Origin: Spirochaetia bacterium
GTDB taxonomy: Bacteria; Spirochaetota; Spirochaetia; UBA9216
DNA: 64,000 nucleotides
NCBI GenBank assembly: GCA_965140585.1
Contig: OZ223269.1
Coordinates: forward strand, 448,001 to 512,000
Reading direction: 5' to 3'
Shown: one piece after another, positions 38,674-48,493 of the stretch
Numbering within the stretch: the stretch's first letter is position 1
Layout: each line of letters begins with the position of its first letter
The notes under the pieces: generated by a model
What the model was told of the DNA's origin: nothing
Seen by the model: the letters and a program-made list of their open reading frames with translations, nothing else
Databases searched by the model: none
Made by a program: the position numbers and the translations under genes

Positions 38674-39980
38674 CCGCGGGCTATTTCTTTTATTTTATCG
38701 ATAGCTTCTTCAAGACTTATCTTGTCAAAATTCTCACGCTTAATTGAATCTTTCACGTTTACCTTGTTTTGAGCGTATTCATCCTCTCCGCATATCAGGA
38801 GAGCTGGAATATTCTTGTTGTCAGCAAAGCTGAACTGGTTCTTAAGCTTTTTAGTATCAAGGTAGACTTCTGCTTTCAGTCCTGCCCGTCTCAGTTTAGC
38901 GGCCATTGAAAAATAATGACTTTTGAGTTTTTCATCCATGTTCAGTATAAGCACATCGGTATTGCTTCTACGGCTGGAAATTTTGCCTAACTCTTCAAGT
39001 GCTGCTAGCAGCCGGTCAAGTCCTATGGATGAGCCTACACCAGGCATCTCTTCCTTTGAATAGATTGAAGCGAGATTATTGTATCTGCCTCCCGAACATA
39101 CTGACCCTATTCCGGGCAGTTCGTCAAGAAATGTCTCAAAGACTATTCCTGTGTAATAATCAAGTCCCCGTGTGATTGATGGGTTTAAGACAAAAAGGTC
39201 CGCCATTCCGGTATCAGCCATCATTCCGCGAAGCTGCCTGAGTCTTGCTGAATCAGGGCTTTCTCCACCGGCAAGATCTTCAATTTTATCAAGTATTTCC
39301 TCAAAACTTCCTGAAGCGTTAATGTATTCAAGAATAAGCTGTCCTTTTTCACGACCGGTAATGTCATCAAGAAGAGTCAAAACCTGCTCCTCTCCGATTT
39401 TGGCAAGCTTATCAACTGTCCTGAGGACTTCTGCTGAAGCCTCTGATAATTCAAGCTTTTCAAGGAAGCGGTTGAATATACCTCTGTGTGAAACATGAAT
39501 ATGAATACCGTCTACGCCGAGAGCCTTCAGTGAGTCATGCATTATGGAAAGTATCTCGAAATCAGCCTCAGCGCTGTCTATGCCTACGATATCGAAATCA
39601 CATTGTGTAAACTCCCTGTACCGGCCCCTCTGGGTGTTTTCTCCTCGCCAGACCTTTGATATATGATAGCGTTTAAAAGGAAGGTATAATTCGTTCCGGT
39701 GCGCAGCCATAAAGCGTGCAAAGGGGACTGTCAGATCAAAACGCATGGCAACATCACGTTTTCCGTGATCGTTGAAACGGTAAATCTGCTTGTCGGTTTC
39801 ACCGCTGCCCTTGCCGAGAAGTACTTCGGTGTATTCAAGAACAGGGGTATCAATTGGTACGAGCCCGAATGATTTGAAGGTGTTTTCGAGTGTGTTTCTA
39901 ATATCGGAACGCAGAATTTCAGATTCGGGAAGAAAATCACGAAAACCTTTGAGTATTCTGGGGTCGACTAATTTGGCCAT
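38670..39980 (-). CDS. hisS: Histidine--tRNA ligase
   Basis: KGFRDFLP, RFDLTVP, GRYREF.QCDFD, RGLDYYTG, GGRY; promoter TTGATA-17-TAGAAT at 40054-40026. Confidence 0.97.
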   Translation of the reverse strand: MAKLVDPRILKGFRDFLPESEILRSDIRNTLENTFKSFGLVPIDTPVLEYTEVLLGKGSGETDKQIYRFNDHGKRDVAMRFDLTVPFARFMAAHRNELYLPFKRYHISKVWRGENTQRGRYREFTQCDFDIVGIDSAEADFEILSIMHDSLKALGVDGIHIHVSHRGIFNRFLEKLELSEASAEVLRTVDKLAKIGEEQVLTLLDDITGREKGQLILEYINASGSFEEILDKIEDLAGGESPDSARLRQLRGMMADTGMADLFVLNPSITRGLDYYTGIVFETFLDELPGIGSVCSGGRYNNLASIYSKEEMPGVGSSIGLDRLLAALEELGKISSRRSNTDVLILNMDEKLKSHYFSMAAKLRRAGLKAEVYLDTKKLKNQFSFADNKNIPALLICGEDEYAQNKVNVKDSIKRENFDKISLEEAIDKIKEIARG

Positions 39981-40125
39981 TATCTGCTCCTGATGTGTGG
40001 GTTTCTGTCAAAAAGGCGTTATGAGATTCTAATAAAAAAGGTTATGAGTATCAATAGAAAATAATGTACTTGAAATTCTTTAGCATTACATTTATAAATT
40101 TAACAAAACTTACACGGATGTAGAA

Positions 40126-41253
40126 TTGCTAATCAGATACGGGACAACAAAAAAGGGCAAGCGGATTAAGCTTGCAAACATCTATACAATTGATGAGCAC
40201 AGAATTTCTACCGGAATGATAGACAGTGATGCTCTGAAAGTTATAAAGAAACTCAGGCAGGCGGGATTCCAGGCCTATGTGGTCGGGGGCGCAGTCCGTG
40301 ATCTGCTAATCGGCAAACATCCTAAAGATTTTGATATTGTTACTGATGCACATCCGAGGCAGATTAGAAAGCTTTTCTGGAATTCCAAGGTTATAGGGCG
40401 AAGATTCCGTCTTGTACATATTCATTATCCGGATAAAATTTTTGAAGTTTCGACATTCCGAGGCTCAAACCCGGGTGATGAACAGAATATTTACGGTACC
40501 ATCGAAGATGATGTAAAGCGCCGTGATTTTACCTTCAATGCCCTTTATTACTCGCCCTACGATGAACAGATAATAGATTATATCGGCGGATACGAAGATG
40601 TCCGGCAGGCCAGAATTAACTCTCTTATTCCTCTGGATATTACATTCAGAGAAGATCCTGTTAGACTGATAAGAACAGTCAAATATGCGGCAACTACCGG
40701 CTTTATGCTTCCTGGAAAAATTAAAAAAGCGCTTAAAAAATATTCAGGAGAGCTTTCACGGGCTGCTTTATCAAGGCTTACAGAAGAACTTATGAAAATC
40801 CTGGCATCAGGCGCTTCCGAACAGATAGTACGTTACCTTATCGACTACAACATGCTGGTTCATATAGTTCCCTATATATCACGAAATATAAACGATTGTA
40901 TTCTTGATGATTTGAAAAAACTTGATGAAATGGTTAACTCAGATAAGGAATGCAACCGTGAGCATATGATCTACATGCTTACAAGGTCATTCCTCACTCC
41001 GCCTACGGAACTGATGATAAAGACGAAAACTGCCCAGCGCGAGGTTTTCAAGCAGATAAAAGAAATTATCAGCCCGCTTACTCCTCCGAACATTGAAGTG
41101 GACAAGGCTGTAGCCTTTTATTTCAAAGAGAAGGGTATAAAGATTAAAAACACCTCAAGCCATAATTCACGGCAGCGTCAGCATAATCGTAAACGCAAGT
41201 ACCCCAGACGAAAAAAAGAGCCGGCTTCAGAGAAACCGGCCCGAAATAATTAG
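40126..41253 (+). CDS. pcnB: Poly(A) polymerase I
   Basis: VGGAVRD, KDFD, the PAP signature VIGRRFRLVHI, RRDFTFNAL, EDPVR, basic C-tail; TTG start. Confidence 0.88.
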   Translation: MLIRYGTTKKGKRIKLANIYTIDEHRISTGMIDSDALKVIKKLRQAGFQAYVVGGAVRDLLIGKHPKDFDIVTDAHPRQIRKLFWNSKVIGRRFRLVHIHYPDKIFEVSTFRGSNPGDEQNIYGTIEDDVKRRDFTFNALYYSPYDEQIIDYIGGYEDVRQARINSLIPLDITFREDPVRLIRTVKYAATTGFMLPGKIKKALKKYSGELSRAALSRLTEELMKILASGASEQIVRYLIDYNMLVHIVPYISRNINDCILDDLKKLDEMVNSDKECNREHMIYMLTRSFLTPPTELMIKTKTAQREVFKQIKEIISPLTPPNIEVDKAVAFYFKEKGIKIKNTSSHNSRQRQHNRKRKYPRRKKEPASEKPARNN

Positions 41254-41280
41254 TTTAATCAGTTTAATCAGTTTAATCAG
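41252..41280. repeat. Tandem repeat (AGTTTAATC)x3 + AG
   Basis: Read directly; spans the gap between the pcnB and TPR-gene stop codons. Confidence 0.9.
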
Positions 41281-42557
41281 CCCTTGGCAGCTCCTGCAGT
41301 AGCCGCTTCAATTTCTTTGTCACTTACACCCATTTCTTTAAGGTAGGATGTTACTGTACCGGGTTTTTCCTCTTCCATCTGTTCAAGGAGGCTGACAGCC
41401 TTTGCTCCGTAAAAACCGGGATCAGCATTGTAGGACTCTACAAGAAATTCAACAGCTGCTTTATAGCGCTCGTCAGCATAGGCGTTAACACCAAGGGCAT
41501 AGAAGGAAATACCCTGTTCGCCGCCCATCTGAATGGCTGTCTGGTAGTAGTATTCTGCCATACCGTAATCATGTTCGGCATAGTAGATAAGACCCAGGTA
41601 GTAGTAGGGAACCGGATGATCTTCACGCATGCTGACAGCATTTATAAAAGTTCTTTCAGCAAGGCTCAGATCGCCTGCATTGTACTGGTCTATACCGTCT
41701 TCAACGAGGTCCGGAAAGGTTTTTATTCTTTCAACATAGCTGACAAAATCGCGGGAGAAATCATTTTTCCCAACCCATTCGAAGGCATTTTTAATCGTTG
41801 AACTTTCATTAGCCTTTCTGTCTGCAGCAGCGGAGAGACTCTTGATTGAATCCCACATTATTCGGTTATAGGAATTATTACTGCTGTTTAGAAGGAAGGT
41901 TACAAGACCCCATGACTGTGCGTAAAATACATCAATACTTGAGTTGGCATTTTCAACATTCATAGTGAGAAGGGTAGGAAATGGAATAATAGAACCATCA
42001 CTGCCTTCCGAAGCATTGTTTATGTATTTTTTAAGGGTATAAAGCCAGCTGAGATTTTCTTCATAAACAACTTTTTTTGTAGCCGGATCGTAATATGAGT
42101 TTTCAAAATAAATTGCAAATCCCTTCTGAAGCCATAACGGAGGCTGCGGGATGAATGTTTTCAGAAACTGCATGAATCCATGGTGCGCAAGATATCTGTT
42201 GTAGCTGCTGTCGTCGGTGTAGTATCCGACCAGCTCGTTTTTGTCAGCCTGGTTATACTGAAGAAATACAAAAGAATTCTTCTGTTCAGGGATTATGTCG
42301 GACAGGTATTCATCGAATGAAGCCTTATCCTTGAAAATTTTAACTCTCATCAGATACGGTACTTCTGCCGCATCAAAATGGAAGTAGGAATTGAAAAAAT
42401 TGAAGTATGCATCAAGAACTTCTGCTGTATCAGCTGCGTGACCTACGCTCACTTCTGAATATACTTTGTAATAATCGCTCTCTATCAGGTTCATTTCCTG
42501 TGAAAAAGCATGGGCAGTCAAAAAAACTAGGCAAAAAGTCAATATAACTTTCTTCAT
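41277..42557 (-). CDS. Exported peptidase-MA/gluzincin-like domain (degenerate) + TPR protein
   Basis: Signal peptide; LAHHGFMQF...PLWLQKGFAIYFE; FYAQSWGLV; C-terminal TPRs (YYYLGLIYY). Confidence 0.75.
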   Translation of the reverse strand: MKKVILTFCLVFLTAHAFSQEMNLIESDYYKVYSEVSVGHAADTAEVLDAYFNFFNSYFHFDAAEVPYLMRVKIFKDKASFDEYLSDIIPEQKNSFVFLQYNQADKNELVGYYTDDSSYNRYLAHHGFMQFLKTFIPQPPLWLQKGFAIYFENSYYDPATKKVVYEENLSWLYTLKKYINNASEGSDGSIIPFPTLLTMNVENANSSIDVFYAQSWGLVTFLLNSSNNSYNRIMWDSIKSLSAAADRKANESSTIKNAFEWVGKNDFSRDFVSYVERIKTFPDLVEDGIDQYNAGDLSLAERTFINAVSMREDHPVPYYYLGLIYYAEHDYGMAEYYYQTAIQMGGEQGISFYALGVNAYADERYKAAVEFLVESYNADPGFYGAKAVSLLEQMEEEKPGTVTSYLKEMGVSDKEIEAATAGAAKG

Positions 42558-42619
42558 GGCTCCCTTTCTCCTTGTCCGGAATATTAGACTCTAAATTTTA
42601 GGCACTACTGTTAAATATG

Positions 42620-43495
42620 TCAAACCTTTTTCTTTTTTGTGAAAAAGTCCTCCACCTTTATATTAACGGTATCAATCATAATACCTGAATACCTTTCTAG
42701 ATTATCGATCAGATACTCCCTAAAGTTGTGCACAATATTTGATAATTCGACTCCATAGGGCAATCTTATGTCGATTGAGAGCTTATAACCGTTTATTTCC
42801 TCACGGAAAGTGACTTTGAGAATGGCAATAGAGCTGTCAAACTCATCGGCACAGTGAAGGACCATCTGTGTCAGGGCTGATTCTGAAATACTTACCCGGC
42901 CTTTTTTTGAGAATTCAGGTCGCACAACTGTTTTTTCAAAGTATTTTCCCTTCTTGCGGAAGTTCATGAATTTCTTTTCCATAAATACCTTAACCGAGTC
43001 ATAAACCATCTGAGAATAATTACGGTTTATTTCAACAGCCGGTACCGGAATAACATGCTTGCCTTCTTTGCGTGACCTTATGGCAGTATTTATCTCGTCT
43101 TCAGTCGCAATATCTTCGATTTGTATTACTTTTGTTACAGGAGGCAGATCAAGCCGGGCCGCTATTTTTCTTGTCATCCTTTCTGATGTTCCGATTATGA
43201 GGATTCTTCGGAATTTCTCTTCTTTAAGCTTTTTGCAGACTGCTTCCCTGTGTTTTCTGTCGTCAAAAAGTGCGGTTTTTATCGCGCCGAGGTAATTTGA
43301 TTCTTTTTTAGCTGATTTACCTGATATGATTTTATTGCCCCGGATGAGCAGTCCGTCATCAATAAGAAGTTCAATGCCGTACTTATCTGCAATGAGTTTT
43401 GAACGGAAACTCTTTCCTGTTCCGCTTTTTCCGACAAGGGCAAAAACCTTGACGCCTTTGAGAATCCACTGGAGGTTCAGTAACAAATGCTTCAT
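42620..43495 (-). CDS. P-loop NTPase fused to a C-terminal Asp23-like domain
   Basis: ALVGKSGTGKS, IDDGLLI, HVIPVP, EKTVVRP; Asp23-like C-terminus. Confidence 0.75.
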   Translation of the reverse strand: MKHLLLNLQWILKGVKVFALVGKSGTGKSFRSKLIADKYGIELLIDDGLLIRGNKIISGKSAKKESNYLGAIKTALFDDRKHREAVCKKLKEEKFRRILIIGTSERMTRKIAARLDLPPVTKVIQIEDIATEDEINTAIRSRKEGKHVIPVPAVEINRNYSQMVYDSVKVFMEKKFMNFRKKGKYFEKTVVRPEFSKKGRVSISESALTQMVLHCADEFDSSIAILKVTFREEINGYKLSIDIRLPYGVELSNIVHNFREYLIDNLERYSGIMIDTVNIKVEDFFTKKKKV

Positions 43496-43565
43496 TAGAT
43501 AATAATACTTGCGTATTGCTGTTTTTCCAATACCTGCAGAGAAATAATTGCTGTTACTGACAGAT

Positions 43566-44564
43566 TTAAAGACTGATAATTGTGCTGTTTATCCTGTTAA
43601 AAAAATCAGTGCTGATATTACAGTCTATATGTTTTTCCAGAAAACTGCAGGATTGGGTATCCGGTACGGCAGTCACTCTGTCGAAGCTCATAACAGGTGT
43701 TTTTTCAGGATTAATAAGCATATAGGAATGCAGGAAGTATCTCTTGAAGCCGGATACAGTTCCGTTATATTTTGCATCTCCGGCAAGAGGATAGCCGGCC
43801 GCCGATACCTGTGCCCGTATCTGGTGTGTTAGTCCGGTGATGATCTCAAAAATACAGAGAGTAAAACCCTTTGTTTGTGTGAAAGGGTGCACTATCGTTA
43901 CAGCTTTTTTATCAGAATCACCGCTTATATCTATTTCTGAGACAAGTTCACTTCGCTTCAGGTTGTCTTCAAGCACTATACTTTTTTTGAGGTTTCCCAG
44001 GCACAGGCCTATATAGAATTTTCTTAGACCTCCGAATCTAAGCCTCTCGCTGAAATCTCTTGCACCCTGGATTGAGCATGAGGCGGCAAGCAGTCCAGAT
44101 GTGTTCCGGTCAAGTCGGTGCAGGGGGGCAGGAGTGAAGGATAAAGATTCTGCAAGCTGAGGTTTTAATTCTGATTTCAGAAGACCGGCAGCAGAATTAT
44201 CTCCGTGGGTAAGCATTCCTCTGGGTTTATTCAGGAAAATAAGGTTTTCAGTTCTTAATACTGTCATAGCGTCAAGCCGGGAGCTGTTCGGAGCAGAATT
44301 GGTTTTGTTTACAGAGCCTATTGTTCCATCTGAAAAATTTGCAGCAGGATTAGCTTCACGTATTGACTGATGTATCTCAAGCCGGTCGTTTTCAGAGAGT
44401 CTGTAATCGGGGTTTATTTTTTTACCGTTAATGAGAATCTTTTTTTTCCGCATGGCAGAGTATATAAGACCTGCAGGAATTTCCGGCATGAATTTCTTGA
44501 TTACTCTGTCTGCTCTTCTGCCTGCATCATCAGGGCCTGAATAAAAAACTATATAGCCTTTCAC
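43566..44564 (-). CDS. RluA family pseudouridine synthase with S4 domain (RluC-like)
   Basis: NKPRG, HRLDRNTSG, TGLTHQIR, GDAKY. Confidence 0.93.
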   Translation of the reverse strand: MKGYIVFYSGPDDAGRRADRVIKKFMPEIPAGLIYSAMRKKKILINGKKINPDYRLSENDRLEIHQSIREANPAANFSDGTIGSVNKTNSAPNSSRLDAMTVLRTENLIFLNKPRGMLTHGDNSAAGLLKSELKPQLAESLSFTPAPLHRLDRNTSGLLAASCSIQGARDFSERLRFGGLRKFYIGLCLGNLKKSIVLEDNLKRSELVSEIDISGDSDKKAVTIVHPFTQTKGFTLCIFEIITGLTHQIRAQVSAAGYPLAGDAKYNGTVSGFKRYFLHSYMLINPEKTPVMSFDRVTAVPDTQSCSFLEKHIDCNISTDFFNRINSTIISL

Positions 44565-44631
44565 GGATTGTCATACTAACACGGCTGGTTTATAATATCC
44601 ACACTACTAAACCTGATAATACGAGAGAGTA

Positions 44632-46134
44632 ATGCTCAGAAAATATGTTCATAATCTTCCTTTTGTCCTCTGCTTTGTGTTGTGCTGTGCCATAGTGGTT
44701 CTGTTTAACGGTTCAGCAGATTCCGGAAGAGCCTGGAATGGGTATTACACCGTTGCAGTACCGAAGGAAGATTATAACAGCAGCACGGCCGAAACTTATT
44801 TTACAGGTTTTGAGTATATCGCCTCCTTTAATACAGAGCTGCGGTATAATGATTTCGGTACCTTCCGCACAGTTACCCCGGATGAGCTTGAACAGCGTTT
44901 TGTTGAAGGCGATCCCAGAGTTGATGAATACATGCGTAATGCCGCCTACTATTTCAGAGCGGAGGACCGGGATGGTTCAGAATACCGTCTTTTTTACATA
45001 AAATCAGACAAACCCTTTCAGAGTTTCTATATAGACCCGGTATTGACCGGTAATTTTCCTGAAACATGGAGTTTTCCGGATTTCAATATTGCCGGCAGAA
45101 TTGCTTCAGGTTTTCTTTTTCTTTTGATATGGGCCTTCGGCATCTGGATGCTCAGAGAGATCAGGCTTCTGTCTGTATTTACCGGTGTCCCATGGTTTCT
45201 TCTTGTTACTGCTGCCGGCAGCGGATATCTTTCTGCCGCCTGTATTGTCTATATATCACAGCTCATTGCTATCAAGGAGATATACCCGGAGGTTATTTTC
45301 TATCTTAACTACAGGGAAACCAGAATAAAGGCTTCTGCATATCCTGCTCTACTGACTTACGGCGCTGCCCTTATTGCATCCTCTGCTGCACTTGGTCTTG
45401 TATTTCATCTGTCTGTTTTTCCCGCGGCCGCAGCAATTGTTGGCGACCTGCTGCTTATATTTGTGTATTACAGTACTAAAAGCGAACGGGTTCGGAGACA
45501 GGAACACCGTATCTTTTTCCCCATAAAAATGGTTGATACCGGATATGAGGCAAGAAGCAGAAAGCTTCCGGTTTATGCCGCAGCTCTAGCTGTTTCTTTG
45601 ATTATGCCGTTTTTTACACTTTTTATCCCGTCCGGTACCGGACTGAATATGCCGCTGCCCGATTCTGCAGCAGCTGAAAGCGGTTACTCCTTCAGTGAAC
45701 TGAAAACCGTTTTTGACAGCCGTAAAGCAGGAACATTGACCGGTGCTGCAGATCTGATAGCTCATGAGGCTTATCAGGAAGGTTTTATGTACGGTATGGA
45801 ATATCATTTTCCGCAGCTTGACGAACAGCTTGTTATCAGGCGCTATCATCAGGAAAATAATGAAATTCAGAAGGTTAACGATGCTGTTCTGCAGTTTACA
45901 CTGGACTGGTATACAAGTATAATCGACGCGAATAAAGAAACAGGACTTGCTGCACTACTGATTTCCCAGTCCTCGTCAGCCAATGCCGTAATGGGATATA
46001 TAGCAGCAGACCAGAAAAATTTACAAATCCTGTTGAAATTCTTAATAATAAGTGTTGTTATCTATCTTCCGGTTTTAAGCCTATTTATCCCGGGAGTATC
46101 TATATCTTTAAAAAGGAAGGGTCAGGAAGCATGA
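44632..46134 (+). CDS. Hypothetical polytopic membrane protein
   Basis: 500-aa ORF with several TMs; ATGA overlap with rnfC. Confidence 0.75.
   Translation: MLRKYVHNLPFVLCFVLCCAIVVLFNGSADSGRAWNGYYTVAVPKEDYNSSTAETYFTGFEYIASFNTELRYNDFGTFRTVTPDELEQRFVEGDPRVDEYMRNAAYYFRAEDRDGSEYRLFYIKSDKPFQSFYIDPVLTGNFPETWSFPDFNIAGRIASGFLFLLIWAFGIWMLREIRLLSVFTGVPWFLLVTAAGSGYLSAACIVYISQLIAIKEIYPEVIFYLNYRETRIKASAYPALLTYGAALIASSAALGLVFHLSVFPAAAAIVGDLLLIFVYYSTKSERVRRQEHRIFFPIKMVDTGYEARSRKLPVYAAALAVSLIMPFFTLFIPSGTGLNMPLPDSAAAESGYSFSELKTVFDSRKAGTLTGAADLIAHEAYQEGFMYGMEYHFPQLDEQLVIRRYHQENNEIQKVNDAVLQFTLDWYTSIIDANKETGLAALLISQSSSANAVMGYIAADQKNLQILLKFLIISVVIYLPVLSLFIPGVSISLKRKGQEA
45895..45923 (+). promoter_or_regulatory. 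Internal sigma70 promoter, probably driving the rnf operon
   Basis: TTTACA-17 bp-TATAAT inside the upstream CDS. Confidence 0.65.
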
Positions 46135-47456
46135 AGGGAATAAAGACGTTTCCCAGAGGTGGTATACATCCTCCTGGAAGGAAGCATCTCACCAATTCTA
46201 AAGAGATAGTAAGAGCTGCGATACCTGCAGAGCTTACAGTTCCTATGGGGCAGCATATCGGCAGTCCGGCTAAACCGGTTGTTGAAGCCGGTGATGCTGT
46301 AAAGGAAGGCCAGATAATCGGTGAGGCAACCGGATTCATTTCGGCAGCTATTCACAGTCCTGCTGACGGTACTGTCAAGGAAATTACTGAGATTTACCTT
46401 GCAAACGGAATGAAATCTACAGCAATTGTTATTACGGTTGATGAAGATTTTAAACCCGGAGAGTACTCAGAAAAAAAAGACTGGTCCTCCATAGAGTCAG
46501 CAGAGCTTAATGAAATCATTAAGAACTCGGGAGTTGTCGGAATGGGCGGAGCCACATTCCCGGCTAATGTAAAATTTTCAGTTCCTAAGGGCAAAAAGGT
46601 TGAATACCTGATTATCAACGGCGTTGAATGTGAACCTTATCTTTCTGCTGACCACAGACTGATGCTCGAGAAGACTGAAGTGCTTCTGGAAGGTATCAGG
46701 ATAATCAGTGCTATAACCAAGCCTGAAAAAATGGCTGTGGGGATTGAGATAAATAAACCCGATGCAATCGAAAAAATGCGCGAAGCTGCAAAAGCAGCCG
46801 GTATGGATGTTGAGATTGTACCGTTAAAGCTTAAATATCCTCAGGGTGATGAAAAACAGCTTATCAAGGCTGTTACCGGACGCGAAGTTCCCTCAGGCGG
46901 TCTTCCAATTGAAGTCGGCTGTGTAGTAGCCAATGTAGGTACTGTAAATGCAGTGTACGAAGCTGTTGCCCTTGATAAAAAAGTTTTTGAAAGGGTCGTT
47001 TCAGTGACTGGTCTTGGAGTACAGAATCCGGGCAATATTCTTGCAAGGGTAGGTACTCCGGTAAGTGCTCTCATTGAAGCCTGCGGCGGAATGAAAGAGA
47101 ATTCGGCTAAAGTCGTTATAGGCGGGCCGATGATGGGCTTTGCAGTTTACGATCTTGATACACCGGTAACAAAGGGTACTTCCGGTATTCTGATTCTCAC
47201 AGATAAAGAGATTAAGGCTTCAGGCAGAACCAACTGTCTTTCCTGCGGGAAATGCATTCAGAAATGTCCGATGGGTCTTAATCCTACGAAAATGTTTAAA
47301 CTTATAGATCATTCCGACTACCAGGATGCTATGAATATAGGACTTATGGACTGTAAAGAGTGCGGCTGCTGCTCTTTTACCTGCCCTGCTCATATCCCGC
47401 TGGTTCAGGGGATGCGGCTCGGCAAGAAAATGGCAAGAAAGAAGAAGGTTAGCTGA
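46131..47456 (+). CDS. rnfC: Rnf complex subunit C
   Basis: GGIHP, QHIG, GMGGATFP, NGVECEPYL, two 4Fe-4S motifs. Confidence 0.96.
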   Translation: MKGIKTFPRGGIHPPGRKHLTNSKEIVRAAIPAELTVPMGQHIGSPAKPVVEAGDAVKEGQIIGEATGFISAAIHSPADGTVKEITEIYLANGMKSTAIVITVDEDFKPGEYSEKKDWSSIESAELNEIIKNSGVVGMGGATFPANVKFSVPKGKKVEYLIINGVECEPYLSADHRLMLEKTEVLLEGIRIISAITKPEKMAVGIEINKPDAIEKMREAAKAAGMDVEIVPLKLKYPQGDEKQLIKAVTGREVPSGGLPIEVGCVVANVGTVNAVYEAVALDKKVFERVVSVTGLGVQNPGNILARVGTPVSALIEACGGMKENSAKVVIGGPMMGFAVYDLDTPVTKGTSGILILTDKEIKASGRTNCLSCGKCIQKCPMGLNPTKMFKLIDHSDYQDAMNIGLMDCKECGCCSFTCPAHIPLVQGMRLGKKMARKKKVS

Positions 47457-48493
47457 TGTCTGATGGATTAAATCTTACTGTCGGCAGTTCGCCGCAGATA
47501 CATTCAACGGGAACTACATCAAAAATTATGTGGCTGGTTGTTCTGGCCCTTGTTCCCTCGGGTTTATGGGGAGTTTATGCCTTCGGGCTAAGGGCTCTGC
47601 TGGTTCTGGCTGTTTCAATTATTTCAGCTGTCGCAGCTGAGTTTATTGTTGTAAAGCTTCTTAAAAAAGGCGGTACAATAAATGACGGAAGCGCCTTTCT
47701 CACCGGTATTCTTATAGGATACAACATGCCTGCAGAGGTTCCTCTGTATGTTGCGGTAATGGCCTCACTGTTTGCTATTCTTGTTGTTAAATGGACTTTC
47801 GGCGGTCTTGGAACAAACTGGATGAACCCTGCGCTTGCAGGACGTGTGTTTGTTTTCTTTTCCTGGACCGGCGGCATGACAAGATGGTCAATGCCTAAGA
47901 TGATTGCAGCAGATGCTGTAACATCCGCGAGCCCGCTCGGTTTTGTTAAAACCGGACTTTTAAGTTACAGCGGAGGTTCTTCAGGACCGATGGACTTTCT
48001 TTCATCTCAGGGTTATCCGGTCGACAGCTATCTGGATCTCTTTTTAGGTAAAATTCCGGGCTGTATTGGTGAGGTTTCAGCTCTTCTTCTGCTTCTTGGA
48101 GGAGTCTTTCTGATACTCATGCATATCGTAGACTGGGAGATCCCTGTTTTCTATCTCGGTTCGTTTTCAATTCTGGTATGGATTTTCGGCGGCCTCGGAT
48201 TCGGAAACGGGTTTTTCAGCGGAGATGTCCTTTTTCATCTTCTTACCGGAGGTATAATGCTTGGAGCCTTTTTTATGGCGACCGACATGGTGACTTCTCC
48301 GGTAACAAAAAAAGGGATGATGATATATGCCGTCGGGTGCGGATTTCTAACCTTTCTTATTCGTTTTTACGGGTCATTCCCTGAAGGCGTATCTCTCGCA
48401 ATCATCCTTATGAACATCTTTGTTCCAATGATTAACAGACTGACTCAGCCGGTTAAGTTCGGAACAGTTAAAAAAGAGAAGGGCGGTGAATAG
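47456..48493 (+). CDS. rnfD: Rnf complex subunit D
   Basis: FGGLG.N..NPAL.GR, DAVTSASPL, GCIGEVS, FFMATD. Confidence 0.95.
   Translation: MSDGLNLTVGSSPQIHSTGTTSKIMWLVVLALVPSGLWGVYAFGLRALLVLAVSIISAVAAEFIVVKLLKKGGTINDGSAFLTGILIGYNMPAEVPLYVAVMASLFAILVVKWTFGGLGTNWMNPALAGRVFVFFSWTGGMTRWSMPKMIAADAVTSASPLGFVKTGLLSYSGGSSGPMDFLSSQGYPVDSYLDLFLGKIPGCIGEVSALLLLLGGVFLILMHIVDWEIPVFYLGSFSILVWIFGGLGFGNGFFSGDVLFHLLTGGIMLGAFFMATDMVTSPVTKKGMMIYAVGCGFLTFLIRFYGSFPEGVSLAIILMNIFVPMINRLTQPVKFGTVKKEKGGE

Noticed and set aside
1-39980. Five aminoacyl-tRNA synthetases within 40 kb as a functional cluster
   Set aside because: Separate transcription units on both strands; consistent with an ordinary housekeeping region.
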